A stretch of 64,000 bases of DNA from an uncultured Verrucomicrobiae bacterium (GCA_963756875.1 CAVWPA010000003.1:288001-352000), one strand, 5' to 3'. Counted from the first letter of the stretch, positions 19,023-29,517 are shown. Made by a program: numbers and translations. Notes: generated from the sequence alone by a model not told the origin.

Positions 19023-20015
19023 TTAACCGCGAAACACATCAGAAAACAAACCCGCAAGAAACTGGTTGCGCTGCGCCTTCGGTTCGCTCTCAACTTTGAG
19101 CCCGAGTTCGCGTAATAATGTCAGATCGGTGTCTGCTGCCGGATTTTGCGCCGTCAGCAGTTTGTCGCCAAAGAAAATGGAATTGGCTCCGGCAAAGAAA
19201 CACAAAGCCTGGCCCTCCCGCGAAATGCGGGTGCGTCCGGCGGCCAGCCGCACGCGCGATTTCGGCAAGGCAATCCGCGCCAGGGCGATCAGCCTGACCA
19301 GCTCGAAAATATCGACCGGCGGCTGATCTTCCAACGGGGTCCCCGGCATCGCCATCAGACAATTGATCGGCACGCTTTGCGGCTGGGGATCGAATTCGCT
19401 CAAGACCTCGATCATCCGCAAACGATCGGCAACCGATTCGCCCATGCCGATGATTCCGCCCGAACAAACCGACATGCCGCTTTTCTGCACGGCAGCGATC
19501 GTGTCCAGGCGGTCCTGGAACGCATGAGTGCTTACAATCCGGGGATAAAACTCCGGCGACGTGTCGATATTGTGATTGTAAGCGGTGACACCGGCTGTTT
19601 TCAGCGCCCGCGCTTCCGCCGGTCCGATCTCACCGAGGGTGACGCACACCTCCATTCCCAAAGCGCCGACCTCGCGGACGATTTCCAGGACGCGCTCAAA
19701 TTTTTCGGTTCCTTCGCGCACCCCGCGCCAGGCTGCTCCCATGCAAAAGCGTGTTGCCCCCTGGGCGCGCGCACGTTTGGCAATCTTGAGGACCTCTGTG
19801 GTGGACAATAATTCTTCGCGCTCCAAGCCGGTATGATAACGCCCGGACTGTGCGCAGTACGTGCAATCTTCGCTGCATCCGCCGGTCTTGATGCTGAGCA
19901 AACTGCACCGCTGCACTTCTTCACCCTGCCAATGCTCGAGGTGAATCTCCCGGCTTTGCGAGATCAGGTCGAAGAGCGGTTGATGGTAAAGGCTTTTGAG
20001 TTGTTCGAACTTCAT
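19023..20015 (-). CDS. bioB: Biotin synthase
   Basis: Radical SAM CSEDCTYC, RFCMGAAWR, YNHNIDT, CSGGIIG and GANSIFFG motifs. Confidence 0.97.
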   Translation of the reverse strand: MKFEQLKSLYHQPLFDLISQSREIHLEHWQGEEVQRCSLLSIKTGGCSEDCTYCAQSGRYHTGLEREELLSTTEVLKIAKRARAQGATRFCMGAAWRGVREGTEKFERVLEIVREVGALGMEVCVTLGEIGPAEARALKTAGVTAYNHNIDTSPEFYPRIVSTHAFQDRLDTIAAVQKSGMSVCSGGIIGMGESVADRLRMIEVLSEFDPQPQSVPINCLMAMPGTPLEDQPPVDIFELVRLIALARIALPKSRVRLAAGRTRISREGQALCFFAGANSIFFGDKLLTAQNPAADTDLTLLRELGLKVESEPKAQRNQFLAGLFSDVFRG

Positions 20016-20109
20016 CGCGTATGTGATCGCGATGTTAAATCGGAAACGGGAATTCAGCTACAGATTAAGTCGATTTTTGTGTGCGGCGGATCAATCCGCA
20101 CTGTTCCGT

Positions 20110-20210
20110 CCGCGAATCACGCTAATTGACGTGAATAAAGGAAAGGGGCGTTCTCTTCAGGCACGGCATCTGGCCAGTCGTGAAACCGCGTTCATTTGCG
20201 TGATTCGCGG
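20110..20210. repeat. Intergenic inverted repeat
   Basis: CCGCGAATCACGCTAAT at 20110 pairs with ATTTGCGTGATTCGCGG ending at 20210. Confidence 0.65.
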
Positions 20211-20260
20211 GCTGAACTTCGGTTGCGGCGGAGGCGCGCCGGCTGATCCGCGGGTCGGAA

Positions 20261-20959
20261 TCAATAAACCCACTTGCCGTTCGCGGACGTGAGAATCGGC
20301 AATTCCTCCATCATGAACTGCGTCTTGCCGATTGCGCCGATCATGTGCGTGCGTGTGGCGTCATACCATTTCTTGGACATCTCTTCACCGGTATGGCAAC
20401 CCCAGCTTTTGACGTACGCGTCCCGGGAAAAATCGCGCGGCAGAATCCTGAACAAATCGTTCTCGTGCAGCCACGATTTTGACGCACTGTCGAGCACGTT
20501 GCTGTAATCGAACATGAAGCAAGCGCGGTTCGAGTGACCGAAATACTCGAACCCGATAATCTTCACCTGGTTTCGCGGACGGCCCTCGTTCAGATAATTG
20601 ATAACGTCGGATCCGCTGTGAAAATAAATCAGATTGAGATGATATTTGTCGGCCACGGAATTAATCAGGCTGATTAAATCCTGGTGCTCCTGCTGGGCAC
20701 GGTCGAGGTAGCCCTGCTTGTAAACGAGCCAGGTAATCAAAGCGTCGGGCCCCAGCTGGGCGCGGAGTTGCTCGGTGCGCAAACGCGCGGCGTGGATAAA
20801 GTTGGCCCACCAATGATCGTGCGGATAGACCTTGTACTTTTCCCATTCGTGCATGGAAGGTCCGCCCACGACGATCACCCATTCGCCCCTTTTCGCGGCG
20901 TCCACCCTTGAAACCATGGCCAGGATCGCCACCAACCAGATCAGTACCCCTCGTTTCAT
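20261..20959 (-). CDS. Secreted hypothetical protein, possible clan CD His-Cys peptidase fold
   Basis: Signal peptide MKRGVLIWLVAILAM; FEYFGHS and KSWGCHTG motifs. Confidence 0.7.
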   Translation of the reverse strand: MKRGVLIWLVAILAMVSRVDAAKRGEWVIVVGGPSMHEWEKYKVYPHDHWWANFIHAARLRTEQLRAQLGPDALITWLVYKQGYLDRAQQEHQDLISLINSVADKYHLNLIYFHSGSDVINYLNEGRPRNQVKIIGFEYFGHSNRACFMFDYSNVLDSASKSWLHENDLFRILPRDFSRDAYVKSWGCHTGEEMSKKWYDATRTHMIGAIGKTQFMMEELPILTSANGKWVY

Positions 20960-21030
20960 GAATTTTGGCAGATCTTTATTTATGCGGAACGCGAAGCTGC
21001 GCAAGTAAGGGGGCAGCGTCAGGTCCTGGC

Positions 21031-22354
21031 CTACAGCCAATTCGGCTCGATTTCGCCGCGCACCAAGTCCTCCAACGGCTGCCGTTTTCTAATCAGCGCA
21101 AACTGATCACCCTGGACGAGTACTTCCGCCGGCAGAGGTCGCGAATTGTAGTTCGACGCCATCGCAAAACCGTATGCCCCCGTGCTCATCACGCTGAGCA
21201 GATCCCCTGCGCGGAGCGGCGGCATTTCGCGATCGAGTCCAAGAAAATCGCCCGACTCGCAAACCGGCCCGACAACGTCGATTCGCTCCTTATTCTTACC
21301 GGGGCTCTCACTCCTGCGCGGTTCTTCGACCGGCACAATCTCGTGATAGCTGCGATAAAGCGCCGGACGAATCAGATCGTTCATGCCCGCGTCCACAATC
21401 GCGAATCGCTTTTCTTCAGTTTGCTTTATGTAACGAACGCGGGTGAGCAACACGCCGGCGTTGCCGACGAGGAGCCGGCCTGGTTCCAGCAAGATCCGCA
21501 GATCCAACTCGCGCAACGGGGGCAAAATCGCATCGACATATTGGTTGATCGACAAACTCCTGCTCGTGCTGGTCATCGGTACTCGCATCCCACCATTCGC
21601 GCGCTCCGCTTTCGAATGACGATTCGTAAACAATGCCGATCCCGCCGCCGATGCTGAAGAATTTGATCCCACGTTTTGCTTTCAACTCGCGGACCAGTGG
21701 CGCCACTTTTTGGATCGCGTCCACGAAAGGCTGCGCCTCGGTAATCTGCGAACCAATGTGCATCTGCGCGCCAACGATCTCCACGTGGCGCATTTTCGCG
21801 GCCCGATCGTAAACTGCGCCAGCACGTTCGAGCGCGATGCCGAACTTATTCTCGTGCGAACCGGTCGAGATGTATTCGTGCGTGTGCGGATCGACATCGG
21901 GATTCACTCGCAAAGCGATCGGCGCGCGCGCGTGTTTGTTCGCCGCGATCTGATCGATGTAATCGAGCTCGGCCTCGCTCTCGACGTTAAAACTGTAGAC
22001 CCCCATGTCGAGCGCGGTCTCGATTTCTTCGCGCGATTTACCGACACCAGCAAACGTGCATTTGGCCGGATCGCCCCCGGCGGCTCTGACACGGAGGAGC
22101 TCGCCGCCGGAAACGATATCGAACCCCGCACCGCGTTCCGCAAGCAGCTTCAGGATCGCGCGATTGGAATTCGCTTTGACCGCGTAGCAAATCAGGTGAT
22201 CCAGCGGCGCCAGCGCGGCATCAAGTCGGCGATAGTGATCGAGAATCGTCCCCGCACTGTAAACATAGAGGGGCGTTCCGAATTTTTCGGCTACTCGCGC
22301 CAGATCGACATTTTCACAACGCAGCTGGCCGTCGTGGTAATGAAAAAAATGCAC
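21031..22354 (-). CDS. lysA: Diaminopimelate decarboxylase, +1 frameshift near 21555
   Basis: YAVKAN, HIGSQI and GGG in the first frame; EPGR, GPVCESGD and GAYG..SNYNSRP in the second. Removing one base of a 3-base run joins them. Confidence 0.94.
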
Positions 22355-22378
22355 GATGAAGTGTAACCCTACACTTGG

Positions 22379-23143
22379 TTATATGAACACCCGCAAAGCG
22401 ATATTGAGAACGCCGATGAGCGCCACTCCCGCGCTGAAGCTCGTCACGATCAGTCCCTTTCCATGTTTCAACATTTCCCCGAGTACGGCATGCGCGGCGA
22501 GATAGAAAAATCCGCCCCCGACGTGTGCCATGACCAGGCCGAGCCAGAACGGCGAAGTCTTTGCCAGGAAGAAAAACCCGATCGCTCCGCCGAGGAGCGT
22601 AGTCGCTTCAACCGCGGCGACCCAGCCGAGAGCGGTCGCGCGCCGGTATCCGGCGCCAATCAAGAGACTGCCGAGCGCGAGGCCTTCTGGAATTTTGTGA
22701 ATGCAAAGGGCGGCGAAGAGCGACCATGTCGTCGCCTGCTGCGCCGAGGCTTCCTGCCCGATTCCCAGTGCCAGGCCATCCGTCGTGCTGTGGATGGCCA
22801 TTGCAAAGATCAGCGCTGTCGCGATATCGCTGAAGTGGCGCGTCGCATCCGCGTCGAAATGACTGGCTGCGCACGCGGGGCAAACGTGGTGGACGTATTT
22901 GCTGACAAAGAAAAAGAGCGCGTATCCACTGGCAAACGCCAAAGCCACGGCCCACCAGGTGCTGTCGTCGAAACTCTCGGGCAGAATTGCAAAGAGCGTG
23001 ACGCCGAGAAGTGTTCCGGCGGCAATGCTGATCAACACGCAAAGCGGTTTGTGCTCCAGGCGCAGCGATGTGCTGATCACTCCGCCGACAAGCGCCAGGG
23101 TGTAGGCCGCCACGACCTGCCATAAAGTAATTTCGCCGTTCAA
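22379..23143 (-). CDS. ZIP family metal transporter
   Basis: HSTTDGLALG and HKIPEG motifs, HHVCPACAASH loop, multiple TM helices. Confidence 0.88.
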   Translation of the reverse strand: MNGEITLWQVVAAYTLALVGGVISTSLRLEHKPLCVLISIAAGTLLGVTLFAILPESFDDSTWWAVALAFASGYALFFFVSKYVHHVCPACAASHFDADATRHFSDIATALIFAMAIHSTTDGLALGIGQEASAQQATTWSLFAALCIHKIPEGLALGSLLIGAGYRRATALGWVAAVEATTLLGGAIGFFFLAKTSPFWLGLVMAHVGGGFFYLAAHAVLGEMLKHGKGLIVTSFSAGVALIGVLNIALRVFI

Positions 23144-24105
23144 GAGGTTGCGACCGATCCGTGATGTTCGCCGCAGTGCTGGGTCTCGATGGTAACGTGA
23201 ACCAGTTCCTCATGCTCGCGAAAAAGTTCGCGGTACCAATCGGAAGTCTTTGGCTGGTGGGAAACAATCGAGACGATGGCCGCAAATTTTCCCGCGCCCA
23301 CCTGCCAGACGTGGAGATCGGTCACCATCGAATCCTCGTCGCTTTCTACCGCACGGCGAATTTCATCGGGCAAATCGGAGGTCACCGGAGTGCGATCGAG
23401 CAGGATCCCGCTGGTGTCGCGCAGGAGACCGTAAGCCCAGGAGAAGACAACGCCGCTCCCGACCAGACCAACCACGGGATCGAGCCATGCCCAGCCGAAA
23501 AATTTTCCCGAAGTGAGCGCTCCGATGGCGAGCAACGTTGTGAACGCGTCGGCCAGCACGTGCAGATACGCCGCGCGCAGATTCAGGTCATGATGGTGAG
23601 AGTGATGATGATCATGTCCGTGCTCATCGTGTGAATGTGGATGATCTTCTTTGAGCAAAAGGGCGCAGGTAAGATTCACCGCGAGCGCGACACACGCGAT
23701 GCCGATCGCTTCGTTAAAGTGAATGCTCATTGGCACAAAAAGGCGGCGAACCGATTCGCCGGCCATGAGAAGAGCGACCACCGAGAGAATGACCGCGCTG
23801 GCGAACCCGCCGAGGACGCCAATTTTTCCCGTCCCGAAACTGAACTGCGCGTTTGATGAGTGCCGTCGCGTGAAATAGTAGGCGATGGCTGTGATGAGAA
23901 ACGCGGTGACGTGCGTGCTCATGTGCCAGCCGTCGGCCAGCAATGCCATCGAGTGGGAGAGCAGACCGGCGGTAATCTCGACCACCATCATCGCGCCCGT
24001 GATTGCAATCACGATGCGTGTGCGACGCTCGCCTTTTGAGAAATCGCGCACGAAATCGTGCGAATGGCGAAAACGAGTGTGATCAGTCCGGTGCACGGGA
24101 TTCAT
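23140..24105 (-). CDS. dmeF: CDF family Co/Ni efflux transporter DmeF-like
   Basis: SMALLADGWHMSTH, His-rich loop, AAYLHVLAD and DLHVW motifs. Confidence 0.88.
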   Translation of the reverse strand: MNPVHRTDHTRFRHSHDFVRDFSKGERRTRIVIAITGAMMVVEITAGLLSHSMALLADGWHMSTHVTAFLITAIAYYFTRRHSSNAQFSFGTGKIGVLGGFASAVILSVVALLMAGESVRRLFVPMSIHFNEAIGIACVALAVNLTCALLLKEDHPHSHDEHGHDHHHSHHHDLNLRAAYLHVLADAFTTLLAIGALTSGKFFGWAWLDPVVGLVGSGVVFSWAYGLLRDTSGILLDRTPVTSDLPDEIRRAVESDEDSMVTDLHVWQVGAGKFAAIVSIVSHQPKTSDWYRELFREHEELVHVTIETQHCGEHHGSVATS

Positions 24106-24186
24106 CCGAGGATTTCAATTGCAGGACACAGTCAAATCGTCCGGTCCACTTTATAGTAACGGAATCGCCAGGCAATCCCGGGCTGC

Positions 24187-24270
24187 TGGAGCCGCTTCGC
24201 TCTGCGAAGCGCGGCGCTGATCTTTTTGGCCACCCACTCGCAACGCGTTTCACAAAAGACGCGGCTACAA
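24187..24270. repeat. REP-like doublet
   Basis: GGAGCCGCTTCGCTCTGCGAAGCG...CGCGTTTCACAAAAGACGCGGCTACA. Confidence 0.6.
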
Positions 24271-24389
24271 CGGCTCCCGCCGTAAAATTAACATAAATGG
24301 CACGTGACAAAGGCCGGCACAGGGCGTGAATTGAGTCAAAGCCCGGTTCTTTGCGCCGGGCGAAAAATTCAATTACAGGGAACCTAGTT

Positions 24390-24926
24390 ATGAAGAAATC
24401 CAATTCCAGAAAGACCGTAGAACTTCTTTACAGGCGCGACGCTCCATTGGAAACGCCGACCGATCTCACACGTTCGGCGACCAGGGATATCGCCGCGGCC
24501 ATGAATGCTGTTCTTGCCGATGTGTTCGCCCTTTACGTGAAGACCAAAAATTTTCACTGGCACATGAGCGGCCCGCACTTCCGCGATTACCATTTGCTCC
24601 TGGACGAACAGGCCGACCAGCTGTTCGCCATGACCGACCCTGTTGCGGAGCGGGTCCGAAAGATCGGTGGACTTACCCTGAGATCGATCGGGCATATTTC
24701 TCGCATGCAACGCGTGCTCGATAACGATGCAGAATACGTCGAACCCCTGGACATGATCGCGGAGCTGGCGGACGACAACAAAACCCTGGCCGCGCGCTTG
24801 CGCGAAGCGCACAACGTGTGCGACGAGCATCGCGACGTCGCCACAGCGAGTCTAATCGAAGTGTGGATCGACGAAACCGAGCGCCGAACCTGGTTCCTAT
24901 TTGAAGCGAGCCGCCAGAGGAATTGA
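24390..24926 (+). CDS. dps: DNA starvation/stationary phase protection protein Dps
   Basis: KTKNFHWHMSGPHFRDYHLLLDEQ and DPVAER ferroxidase motifs. Confidence 0.95.
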   Translation: MKKSNSRKTVELLYRRDAPLETPTDLTRSATRDIAAAMNAVLADVFALYVKTKNFHWHMSGPHFRDYHLLLDEQADQLFAMTDPVAERVRKIGGLTLRSIGHISRMQRVLDNDAEYVEPLDMIAELADDNKTLAARLREAHNVCDEHRDVATASLIEVWIDETERRTWFLFEASRQRN

Positions 24927-24968
24927 AGCGCGACTGGAAATGCGCCGTTGGCGGGAAGGAGAACTGCA

Positions 24969-25805
24969 ATGCCATATGTCACCGTCGGTAAAGAGAACGG
25001 AGCGGATATCGACATCTATTATAAAGACTGGGGCAAGGGGCAGCCCATCGTCTTCAGCCATGGTTGGCCGCTGACAGCCGATGACTGGGACGCGCAGATG
25101 CTGTTCTTCCTCAATCACGGCTATCGCGTCATCGCCCATGACCGCCGCGGCCACGGCCGCTCTACCCAAACGGCCGACGGCCATGACATGGATCACTATG
25201 CCGACGATCTTGCGGCTGTGACGGCGCATCTCGACCTGAAGAACGCTATTCACGTCGGCCATTCCACCGGCGGCGGCGAAGTGGTGCATTATCTGGGACG
25301 GCATGGCGAGAGCCGGGTGACGAAAGCGGCCATTATCAGCGCGGTGCCGCCGCTGATGCTGAAGACGCCGGCCAATCCCAATGGTCTTCCCAAAAAAGTC
25401 TTCGACGACTTTCAAGTGGCGCTCGCGGCCAATCGCTCACAGTTCTATCGCGACGTCGCGGCTGGGCCCTTCTACAACTACAACCGGCCGGGCGTGAAAT
25501 CTTCCGAGGCGACCATCCAGAACTGGTGGCGCCAGGGCATGATGGGAGGCGCCAAGGCGCATTATGACGGCATCGTCGCCTTCTCACAGACCGATTTCAC
25601 CGACGATCTTAAGAAGATCACCGTGCCGGTACTGGTGATGCACAGCGAAGACGATCAGATCGTTCCCTACGTCGCCTCCGGGCCGTTGTCGGCCAAGCTG
25701 CTAAAGAACGGGACGCTGAAGACCTACAAAGGTTTCCCGCACGGCATGCCCACCACGCAGGCGGAGACGATTAATGCCGATCTGCTGGCGTTTATCAAAG
25801 GCTAG
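24969..25805 (+). CDS. Alpha/beta hydrolase, non-heme chloroperoxidase family
   Basis: [15 protein letters not shown], nucleophile GHSTGG, DDQIVP and PHG motifs. Confidence 0.93.
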   Translation: MPYVTVGKENGADIDIYYKDWGKGQPIVFSHGWPLTADDWDAQMLFFLNHGYRVIAHDRRGHGRSTQTADGHDMDHYADDLAAVTAHLDLKNAIHVGHSTGGGEVVHYLGRHGESRVTKAAIISAVPPLMLKTPANPNGLPKKVFDDFQVALAANRSQFYRDVAAGPFYNYNRPGVKSSEATIQNWWRQGMMGGAKAHYDGIVAFSQTDFTDDLKKITVPVLVMHSEDDQIVPYVASGPLSAKLLKNGTLKTYKGFPHGMPTTQAETINADLLAFIKG

Positions 25806-25814
25806 GAGGAACAG

Positions 25815-25925
25815 ATGCTATTGCACATCTATACAATCCTTCACGTCATCATCAGCCTTGTCGGAATTTTCACCGCTCTCGTTGCTTTACTCGGGATGCT
25901 GGTTGGAAACCGGCTCAACGGCTGA
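25815..25925 (+). pseudogene. Truncated membrane-protein remnant (36 aa)
   Basis: GGAGGA RBS, then MLLHIYTILHVIISLVGIFTALVALLGMLVGNRLNG*; looks like the first helix of a longer membrane protein. Confidence 0.45.
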
Positions 25926-25935
25926 AACGAAAACC

Positions 25936-26205
25936 ATGGCCAACAACGGTTGCTCTCATCTTAAGGCGATTTCTTCGGTCAAACATCCGATTCGTCGTGA
26001 ATGTGAGGAGTGCGTGAAGATCGGGGCGCAATGGGTCCATCTACGCACGTGTCAGGAATGCGGCGTGACGTTGTGTTGCGACAGTTCACCGAACCAGCAC
26101 GCGAGCAAACACGCGCGCGCGAGCGGACATCCGGTCATCGCATCCGCCCAGCCGGGCGAACGCTGGTTATACTGCTATCCGGACGACGCCTTCGCCGAAT
26201 ATTAG
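25936..26205 (+). CDS. Stand-alone UBP-type zinc finger protein
   Basis: CSHL, CEEC, WVHLRTCQECG..CCDSSPNQHASKH and WLYCYPD motifs. Confidence 0.9.
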   Translation: MANNGCSHLKAISSVKHPIRRECEECVKIGAQWVHLRTCQECGVTLCCDSSPNQHASKHARASGHPVIASAQPGERWLYCYPDDAFAEY

Positions 26206-26237
26206 CCGTCGCGAACGAGCCAAAGACCTACCATTCA

Positions 26238-26573
26238 TCACGGGTGGTTATTGGATACGTAGTCCCACATCCAGGAATTATATCGCCGGGCATACTCCTC
26301 GCGATTCGCGTAATGGCGGTCCTGCCAGTGGCCCTGGAGTCCGATCGGATGTCTCGGATACCGGCGGACAATGGCCACAGCTTCTGGAGGTAAACCGGGA
26401 GCGTGCGACGCAGGGCCGCCGACATAATAAAATCCGATCCTGTTCATGGCGATGTCGTGCTCCGCATCGCTAACGGCCATGTCGGGGTTCCATGGTCGTG
26501 TCAAACTGACAACAGCGCACCCGCATAACCCGACGCTAACCAGCAACGCAACGAATCCACAGCGCACAGCCAT
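26238..26573 (-). CDS. Hypothetical exported protein or lipoprotein
   Basis: Hydrophobic N-terminus ending LCGC; no family recognised. Confidence 0.5.
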   Translation of the reverse strand: MAVRCGFVALLVSVGLCGCAVVSLTRPWNPDMAVSDAEHDIAMNRIGFYYVGGPASHAPGLPPEAVAIVRRYPRHPIGLQGHWQDRHYANREEYARRYNSWMWDYVSNNHP

Positions 26574-26616
26574 CTGGTGAAATAAAATCAGCTGCGATTG
26601 CCGTAAGCGAGCCTTT

Positions 26617-27132
26617 TCAGAGGTCCGAAGCCTGACGGCGAGGATCGGATTTGGTGCCCGGCGCGGTATTTGATGGCATGTCATAGGACATCACCATGAC
26701 ATTCACACCCTGATAAATAGTGCGCTCAAGAGCCGACCAACCAAGCTTTGAATACAAACGCTCTGCGCTTGGAGTGTAAAGATAGAGCCGCGTTACGCCG
26801 AGCGTCGTCGCGCATTCGACAACTCTCCGGACCAGCGCGGAGCCGATGCCTTGCCGTCGATGATCGGGCGCGACAAACACGCCGGCCAACCATGGGGAGA
26901 GGTCCATGCGCGTATCCATGTCGTGATCAATCAACATCGCGGAACCCAGCAGTGTGCCGCCGGAGACTGCGACAAAAACCGTCGGTATCTCTTCTCGCCC
27001 ACAATCCGCACGAAGCCGTGTTATGCGCGCTTCAAGAGTATCGCCCGGTCGCAGATACGCCCACTCTTTGTGGTGCCACTGGGCGAGAGTATCGACGAAT
27101 TCTAAATGGTCTGAGAGATAGTCAATAAGCAT
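26617..27132 (-). CDS. GNAT family N-acetyltransferase
   Basis: PWLAGVFVAPDHRRQGIGSAL acetyl-CoA motif, LYSKLGW. Confidence 0.9.
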   Translation of the reverse strand: MLIDYLSDHLEFVDTLAQWHHKEWAYLRPGDTLEARITRLRADCGREEIPTVFVAVSGGTLLGSAMLIDHDMDTRMDLSPWLAGVFVAPDHRRQGIGSALVRRVVECATTLGVTRLYLYTPSAERLYSKLGWSALERTIYQGVNVMVMSYDMPSNTAPGTKSDPRRQASDL

Positions 27133-27254
27133 GAAGTCGCGCCATCTCGTCCGTGCCGGATGTGGCATAGACGCTGAAATTGGTCATATCTTCAAGTAAA
27201 GAAGAGCCGGCCGCGAACTCGACAAGGCAGCATAACCATGATGCGACGAGTTGG

Positions 27255-29432
27255 TCAGAAATCGTAGGCGACGGTGCCGTAGAAGCCGCGGCGCTGGCCG
27301 AATTGCGGAGCGCCGACTCCGATGCCGCTCCCATCGCGGAGTTCGTAGATTTCGTCGAATAGATTCACGACATCGAACCGGACTCTAAAACTCCCAATCT
27401 TGGGAACCCGGAACGAGCGTTCCAGGCTCAGGTTGAATGTTTCATAAGGATGATTCTTGAGCGTATTAGCAAAGCCGCGGCGCAAACCGTTTCCATAAAG
27501 TCCGTCGACGGATCCCTTCCAATCGTTCCAGGTATAGGAAACGCCGGCCGAACCGGTGAACCGCTGGTCGTGATCGAGGAAGACCCAGTTTCGCTTGATA
27601 TAGGCGTACTCGTCGGGATCGAAGAGGAATTCGGCGGAGCTGATATTCGTGCCGCGCGCCCATTCGTAGGCCACGTTCAAATACGCGGAGAACGGGCCGT
27701 GATCGTAGCTCGATGTGAATTCGCCGCCGTAAATTTCTCCGCGTTTGTAGTTGAACGAGGAAAGAATGAGCGCCTGCCCGAACTGGCCTTCGTCCAGCGT
27801 CGAGTGTGAGCTTTTGTAAAAACCGTCGAGGCCGGCATTCCAGTCTTTCGTGATTTTCTGAGTGACCCCCGCGTCGAAATAATGCGCGCGCTCCGAGGTC
27901 ACCGCAGAGTCCCTGGTAATTGCCGATTCGTTGGTCGTGCCGGCGAATTTGGCGATGGTGCTTTGCGGGACTGCCTCCAGGGGCGGTGGTGTAAAGTAAC
28001 GTGCGTAGCCGGCGTGAAGCGCGGTCCCTTCGAACGGTCTGTAAACGATGTTAATGCGTGGGCTGAGCTGGTTCTCGTTGGCAAACGCGTTCACAAAATC
28101 GAGCCGGCCCCCGAAATTAATAGTGAGCTGGTCGAATGGCTTCCATTCATCCTGCAAATAGAGTCCATAGAAGTAGCCGTACTTGCCGTTGTTATCGACA
28201 ATGCGGCGCGGAATATCGCTGGTTTGGTTCCCGTTGGCATCGACCGGAAAAACCAGCGTTGCGGTCTCTGTGGTCGCGTGTTGCTCGGTAAAAATGAAGC
28301 CGCCACGAATCGTATGCTGGTCGTTGAGCTTGTAGCTGGAATCCAATTCGATGCCGTTGGAGAGAATAGCGCGATCGACGCGCGAGGCGACGCCGTTGAA
28401 GATGAGATCGCCCACGTTATCAGGACGAAAAAGGATCGAGCTATAGCGATTGAAAATTGAAGCCTGAAAATCGAGATCACCCATCTTTTTCTGGTAGGTC
28501 AGGATCTCATATTCGGAATCTTCCGATTGGTTCTCGTTTAGCTTGGCGGAGTTGAATGTCGATCTTCCCATGTCCGTGAACGCAGGCGTCTGCCCCGGAC
28601 TGTTCGGAATTTCGAAATCGCTATGGTTCGCACCGACCAGGAGCGTCATCCGGCTGGTGTCATCGATAACGTCGGAAAAGTATCCGAAGAACTTGTACTG
28701 ATCGGTGTCGTCGTGGATAGGGTTGGCTGTACGAGTGGGGTTTTCGATGCCGATGCCATTGTGCAAATAACTTCCCGAGAGGTAATAGCTGAGTTTCCCG
28801 AGCACGCCGCCGTATTCGAAGCTCGGCATGACTGTATCGAAACTGCCGACCTCGAGTGAAGTTTCGCCCCCCTCGAAAACGGCGCCATTCTTGGTGTGAA
28901 TGTCGATGACGCCCGTGGTGCGAAATCCGAACTGCGCCGGAAGCGCGCCGGTGATGAGCGAGATGTTGTCGGCGAAACGGGTCGAGATCTCCTGGCCGAA
29001 TCCGGGGATGCTTTCCGGCAGAAGCACGTCATTGATGCGGTATTGCAGGTTGGCGTGTTCGCCACGGACGTGGAGCTGGCTGAACGAATCCTGCGCCACG
29101 CCGGGAAAACGCAGAATGGTTTGATTAAAGGGAGCGTCTTCGCCCTGTGCCTGCGAATTGAGCCGGTCCGGGCCAACCGTGTAGCGCGTCGCGCCGAGAC
29201 TCGGCACGATTTGCTCGCGCGAAATATCGAGCTCCTCCGACGTGACCACGACTTGCTGGGTCGTCGCCGTCGCTGGAGTTGCCGAAGCGACCGGACTCGT
29301 CGCCGGTGTTGAGGTCGGGCCTGGACTCGGGTTTTGATTTGCCCCTTTTGCCGAAGTCGAAACGGCTTCTTGCGCATGCGCCATGTGCGCAACGCAGATG
29401 ATAAAGACTGTTGCGATCAGAAATTTTTTCAC
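27255..29432 (-). CDS. TonB-dependent receptor
   Basis: Signal peptide, QVVVT TonB-box-like motif, plug PGV..HVRGEH..YRIND, beta-barrel, C-terminal Phe. Confidence 0.9.
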   Translation of the reverse strand: MKKFLIATVFIICVAHMAHAQEAVSTSAKGANQNPSPGPTSTPATSPVASATPATATTQQVVVTSEELDISREQIVPSLGATRYTVGPDRLNSQAQGEDAPFNQTILRFPGVAQDSFSQLHVRGEHANLQYRINDVLLPESIPGFGQEISTRFADNISLITGALPAQFGFRTTGVIDIHTKNGAVFEGGETSLEVGSFDTVMPSFEYGGVLGKLSYYLSGSYLHNGIGIENPTRTANPIHDDTDQYKFFGYFSDVIDDTSRMTLLVGANHSDFEIPNSPGQTPAFTDMGRSTFNSAKLNENQSEDSEYEILTYQKKMGDLDFQASIFNRYSSILFRPDNVGDLIFNGVASRVDRAILSNGIELDSSYKLNDQHTIRGGFIFTEQHATTETATLVFPVDANGNQTSDIPRRIVDNNGKYGYFYGLYLQDEWKPFDQLTINFGGRLDFVNAFANENQLSPRINIVYRPFEGTALHAGYARYFTPPPLEAVPQSTIAKFAGTTNESAITRDSAVTSERAHYFDAGVTQKITKDWNAGLDGFYKSSHSTLDEGQFGQALILSSFNYKRGEIYGGEFTSSYDHGPFSAYLNVAYEWARGTNISSAEFLFDPDEYAYIKRNWVFLDHDQRFTGSAGVSYTWNDWKGSVDGLYGNGLRRGFANTLKNHPYETFNLSLERSFRVPKIGSFRVRFDVVNLFDEIYELRDGSGIGVGAPQFGQRRGFYGTVAYDF

Positions 29433-29517
29433 TGGAGTTTTTTGGAAATGGTTTTTTCAAAGGTTGTGTGAATGGGTTGCAGCGTTCGCGATTTCGATGA
29501 ACGCCCGAATAAGCAAA

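Noticed and set aside
22362..22390. Further TGTAACC sites (about 22362, 34650, 50601) as ECF promoters
   Set aside because: No GTC at 17-bp spacing and not oriented toward a gene start
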